Assembly (NCBI GenBank): GCA_027371715.1
Contig: DAHXMM010000031.1
Span: 12,477 to 76,476 of the forward strand
Reading direction: 5' to 3'
Length of the DNA stretch: 64,000 nucleotides
Origin: Elusimicrobiota bacterium
Lineage (GTDB): Bacteria > Elusimicrobiota > Elusimicrobia > UBA1565 > UBA9628
Both the position numbers and the translations under genes were made by a program. Below the pieces are notes generated by a model. It did no database searches. It was not told the origin of the DNA and saw nothing but the letters and a program-made list of their open reading frames with translations. Shown here in pieces: positions 61,017-64,000 of the stretch; the first letter of the stretch is position 1, and every line of letters begins with the position of its first letter.

Positions 61017-62831
61017 CTATTTCGAGATCAGGTACCCGACGCCGACTCCGATCACGCCAAAGACAAACATCCCTATCGGCCCAAGCAAAAGCGCCCCGAG
61101 AAGCCCGCCGTAGGCGCCGATGAGGCCCATTCCTTTCCAGGGCAGTTTCGGCCAGGAAGATTTTTTGTCCTGATTTTGGCCGCCGCAATCGACGGGAGCC
61201 GTTTTATTTCCGGAATCGGCCTTGGCTGTGGAATTCTTATCCGTTTTGTCTCCGGGGTTGGCCGGCGGGGCGGACGCTTGGCCGCAATTTGAAGCGGGAT
61301 TTTGGTTGATGTCGCCTCCCTGGGGGTTGTTGTTTTGATTTCCGCCGGGAACGCAGGTTCCGCCGCCGCTGGCGGCGCTAAACACCTCTCCCTCGGGGCA
61401 ACCTTTTGACTTCTTATCCGACGGTGGAGGAGCGCATTGGGGAGCAGCGGCTATTTGTTTTCTCAGATCAAACACGCGGGCTTGCCAGTTCCCGAGATTC
61501 TGGGTGCATGAAATTTTTTTCGTGAGAGCGGGGTTGCCTTCTATTTTTCTCTTTGAGACAAGAGTAGGAGAGGAGGACATGGGGAGGTTTGCGGCGCATT
61601 CCGCCTCGTCTTTTTTCTCCGCTTTTTCGCAAGCCTCAATGAGCTTCTGCATGGAGGAGTTTTTTTGTAAAGTTTGAAGACAGGCATGAATTTGGGCTTC
61701 CGCCCCTGCTAATTGAGCTTTTAGATCCTGACAAGAATTGCCTTGATGTTTGGTCGGAGTCCCCGAACCTGGATTTTTTTGAGACGGCGGATTTTTAGCG
61801 ACCGAGCCTGGAGTCTTTGACTTTTTTTTCGGCGCAATTCCTGAGGGGGTTTTTGCGACTACGACATCAAAAACATTTCCTCCGGTGGGTATCCCCAAAT
61901 ATTGATTGCCGATTTCGACGGTTGAGGGCGAACCGTTGGAATATCCAATGCTTCCGGCCTGCGGATAAATAGTGAGATGAAGCTTCTTGTGCCCGTGGAC
62001 GTTCTTGCTGTCGACCCCGGCGCTGAAAGTGACTTGTTTTCCCAGAGGAAGGCAGGATTTGGCCAGATTTTTTGCCAGAGTTTTTTTCCGGCAGAGATAA
62101 TCTTTTGTCGCTTGATTTGGGTGGTATCCCGCAGGGCCGTAAAAAACAAATTGAACGTTTCGGTTGAGGCCCGGTTTTAAGCCAATGGACTTGGCGAGTT
62201 TAAAAGTGTCTCCCTGCTTACAGGCGAAATTAGGCTGATCATGCTGTTGTAAAAAGAAAACGGCGCAGGGTATGTAAACATAAAGAGAATGATTGGGGTT
62301 TTTCTCAAGTCTTTTAGACAAGGAGACGCAGGAATTTGTCCGGGAAACTCCCCATTGGTTGGCGCATTTTTGTCGAATCTGAGTCGCTTCTTCTCTCTGG
62401 GATTGAAGGGCCTCGTGGCGTTCTTTTTGAGTCGCAGTCTTACTCTTTAAAATAGCTTGACTATTAACGCAGGTTTTTCCATTCCAAAACTCATGGTCGC
62501 CCAAACAACGGACTTTCGCTCCTGGGGGAGCTTGGATGCAGGCGCTATCGCGCGAAGACCAAACATACCCAGCTCCTTTTTTAGAGCAGTCCGCAAACTC
62601 GGTGTATTGATTAGAGGGAGAGAGGTTGAGCCAGTGTTCAATTTTTGAGAAGCCACTGCCGAGGCTTCCAAACCAAGAAGAGTTTGGGGAGGACTTAGCT
62701 TGGGCGTCGGACTTATGGTGGACTGAGGCCAGGACCATGGTGGAAGTGGAAATTTCTTGTCCAGAAACAAGCCCCGGGAAAGAAGAAAGAATAATCGCGA
62801 CTAAGATTTCTCTGCGCGTGAATTTCTTCAT
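61017..62831 (-). CDS. Secreted Cys-rich hypothetical protein with a C-terminal glycine-zipper TM anchor
   Basis: The signal peptide is MKKFTRREILVAIILSSFPGLVSG. Cys residues are numerous, and there are P/G/N/K-rich linkers. The C-terminus is GLIGAYGGLLGALLLGPIGMFVFGVIGVGVGYLISK. Confidence 0.55.
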   Translation of the reverse strand: MKKFTRREILVAIILSSFPGLVSGQEISTSTMVLASVHHKSDAQAKSSPNSSWFGSLGSGFSKIEHWLNLSPSNQYTEFADCSKKGAGYVWSSRDSACIQAPPGAKVRCLGDHEFWNGKTCVNSQAILKSKTATQKERHEALQSQREEATQIRQKCANQWGVSRTNSCVSLSKRLEKNPNHSLYVYIPCAVFFLQQHDQPNFACKQGDTFKLAKSIGLKPGLNRNVQFVFYGPAGYHPNQATKDYLCRKKTLAKNLAKSCLPLGKQVTFSAGVDSKNVHGHKKLHLTIYPQAGSIGYSNGSPSTVEIGNQYLGIPTGGNVFDVVVAKTPSGIAPKKKSKTPGSVAKNPPSQKNPGSGTPTKHQGNSCQDLKAQLAGAEAQIHACLQTLQKNSSMQKLIEACEKAEKKDEAECAANLPMSSSPTLVSKRKIEGNPALTKKISCTQNLGNWQARVFDLRKQIAAAPQCAPPPSDKKSKGCPEGEVFSAASGGGTCVPGGNQNNNPQGGDINQNPASNCGQASAPPANPGDKTDKNSTAKADSGNKTAPVDCGGQNQDKKSSWPKLPWKGMGLIGAYGGLLGALLLGPIGMFVFGVIGVGVGYLISK

Positions 62832-62885
62832 CGTAAAATTAGAATAACACACAAACGCTTTTTTCGCAAGGGGAAAAAAGACCTA

Positions 62886-62919
62886 TTTTTAAAATAGGCC
62901 TTTAGGCCCTGGCGAGGTT
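62886..62919. repeat. TAGGNC-type element, inverted variant
   Basis: The sequence is AAAAGACCTATTTTTAAAATAGGCCTTTAGGCCC. The spacing to the tsaB -10 does not match the other copies. Confidence 0.45.
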
Positions 62920-63006
62920 TTAAGCCCCGCCGTGTCGGCCTCCAAGGGGGTTATGGGGTAGCCGGTCTGGTGGGGCTTTAAGGTCTCTACCAGCCGCGGC
63001 ATTTCC

Positions 63007-63012
63007 TATAAT
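63007..63012 (+). promoter_or_regulatory. Candidate -10 TATAAT, 7 nt upstream of the tsaB GTG
   Basis: The sequence is tccTATAATagaagccGTG. Confidence 0.45.
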
Positions 63013-63019
63013 AGAAGCC

Positions 63020-63631
63020 GTGAAAGCGCCTATTCTCATTTTAGATACGGTGGGAGAATTTTTGAGCGCGGGATTGTTTCATCAAGATAAACTCAAAACG
63101 CTCAGGTTTAAAGGCGCGGAGGCTGCGGGCGAAGAGCTTTTATTTAAAGCGGTTGACCGGCTTTTAGCCGAGAGGAATCTTCATTTGACGGATGTTAAGA
63201 CGGTGGTTGTCTCCAGCGGGCCGGGAAGGTTTACCGGTATTCGCATCGGCATGACTTTTGCCGCGGTCTTAAGTTCTCAGACGAGGGTTTTGGCGCTGGC
63301 GATATCCGGTCTTGAGGCGGCGGCTTTTGGCTCGAAAGAGGAAAAAATTTGTTCCGTGTTGCCTGGCTACCGCGAAGAAAAGTATTATCAGAGTTTTCAA
63401 CGCAAGAGTTCCCATAAGGCGCCGCTGGCCGTTTCCACACCTGCTTGGAGTTCCAAGGAAGATTGGGAGAAAAAAATACCGGAGATTAGATCCTGTTCCT
63501 TTCAGATTGTCGAGAGAGAGCCCATGCCCGCCGATTTTCTCAAAGCCGCCCTTTTTTATTTAGAGAAAAACCAAATTCCCAAATTTGAGCCGCTTTATTT
63601 GAAAACCGCCGGCTATGAACGAAAAAAATGA
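63020..63631 (+). CDS. tsaB: tRNA t6A biosynthesis protein TsaB
   Basis: ILILDT is followed by VVSSGPGRFTGIRIGMTFA. Confidence 0.8.
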   Translation: MKAPILILDTVGEFLSAGLFHQDKLKTLRFKGAEAAGEELLFKAVDRLLAERNLHLTDVKTVVVSSGPGRFTGIRIGMTFAAVLSSQTRVLALAISGLEAAAFGSKEEKICSVLPGYREEKYYQSFQRKSSHKAPLAVSTPAWSSKEDWEKKIPEIRSCSFQIVEREPMPADFLKAALFYLEKNQIPKFEPLYLKTAGYERKK

Positions 63632-64000
63632 TTGGGCGGTGCGTTTAGCTCAAGCCCCTGATCTCGAAACAGTTTCCTCTTTAGAGTCTTATTGGCCCTT
63701 TGCCCCGCATTGGTCAAAGCCCCAATTGAAAGAAGAATTGTCGCGGCCAGATTCTCTTTTTTTAACTGCGGAATTGTCTTTTCCAAAAGATATTGGGGGG
63801 TATTTGATCGGGCGCGTTTCTGAAAAAGAATTTCAAATCTTAAGCGTGTCCGTAGGCCCCCGATATCTAAGACGAGGCATCGCGGCGGGCCTTTTAGAAC
63901 AGGCGTTATCCAGCGCGCGTCTTAAAGGTTGCGCGCGCGCAAGTCTGGAGGTTTCGGAGCGAAACCTTTCGGCTTTGAGTCTCTATCAAAAGTTGGGCTT
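63615..64000 (+). CDS. rimI: GNAT acetyltransferase, RimI-like (partial; runs off the window)
   Basis: I translated from the ATG at 63615, giving MNEKNDWAVRLAQ...ILSVSVGPRYLRRGIAAGLLEQAL...LEVSERNLSALSLYQKLG. The gene overlaps the tsaB end, as in the typical tsaB-rimI arrangement. Confidence 0.7.
   Translation, partial: MNEKNDWAVRLAQAPDLETVSSLESYWPFAPHWSKPQLKEELSRPDSLFLTAELSFPKDIGGYLIGRVSEKEFQILSVSVGPRYLRRGIAAGLLEQALSSARLKGCARASLEVSERNLSALSLYQKLG

Noticed and set aside
62920-63000. GC-rich 80-nt stretch upstream of tsaB, as a possible small RNA or tRNA-like gene
   Set aside because: I could find only short imperfect stems, with no tRNA cloverleaf or T-loop motif. There is no terminator, so I cannot support an RNA gene.
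1-64000. Search for rRNA, tRNA, tmRNA, riboswitches, transposases and integrases
   Set aside because: No intergenic gap longer than about 215 nt exists. None of the gaps shows the conserved cores I know for these RNAs, and no ORF shows DDE or tyrosine-recombinase motifs. This was done by eye only. tRNAscan-SE, Infernal and ISfinder runs would be decisive.

Overview
This window looks like a chromosomal, mostly housekeeping segment of an unidentified diderm bacterium. Supporting genes include KdsD, a PorV-like protein, several outer-membrane-type secreted proteins and partial complex I. By eye I found no rRNA, tRNA, CRISPR array, transposase or integrase. About 55 CDS can be supported.

Recognisable genes are ychF, carAB, glpK, hemD, suhB, kdsD, smc, alr, hutI, tsaB, rimI (partial), coxBA, nuoGHI and cdaA. 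There are also two RumA-type methyltransferases and two type II TA pairs (MNT/HepT-like and RelE-like).

The main observations are:
1. An alpha-glucan locus at 52.4-60.7 kb. Its centre is a 1223-aa ORF that fuses a secreted GH13 catalytic domain to a C-terminal polytopic membrane domain. From memory, that domain resembles the plastid maltose exporter MEX1 (PQ-loop-like). Two fungal-type GH15 glucoamylases follow it.
2. A tandem-repeat motif (TAGGTCTTTTGCC ... CTAGGTCCTTTGGCCC) lies exactly 23 nt upstream of a -10 hexamer at six genes.
3. A second dispersed palindromic repeat (GGGGAC-N-GTCCCC) occurs at least 9 times. It is intergenic in some copies and translated into gene termini in others.
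4. A recurrent TGn-extended -10 box sits 6-8 nt (9 in one case) upstream of the start codon, which implies frequent leaderless mRNAs.
5. One tightly overlapping minus-strand operon joins nuoGHI, a diadenylate cyclase, a DHH/DHHA1 phosphoesterase and a Crp/Fnr regulator. It sits next to two hemerythrin-domain genes.
6. A third hemerythrin is coupled to coxBA.

All functional calls come from motif recognition in the translations. No database search was run.
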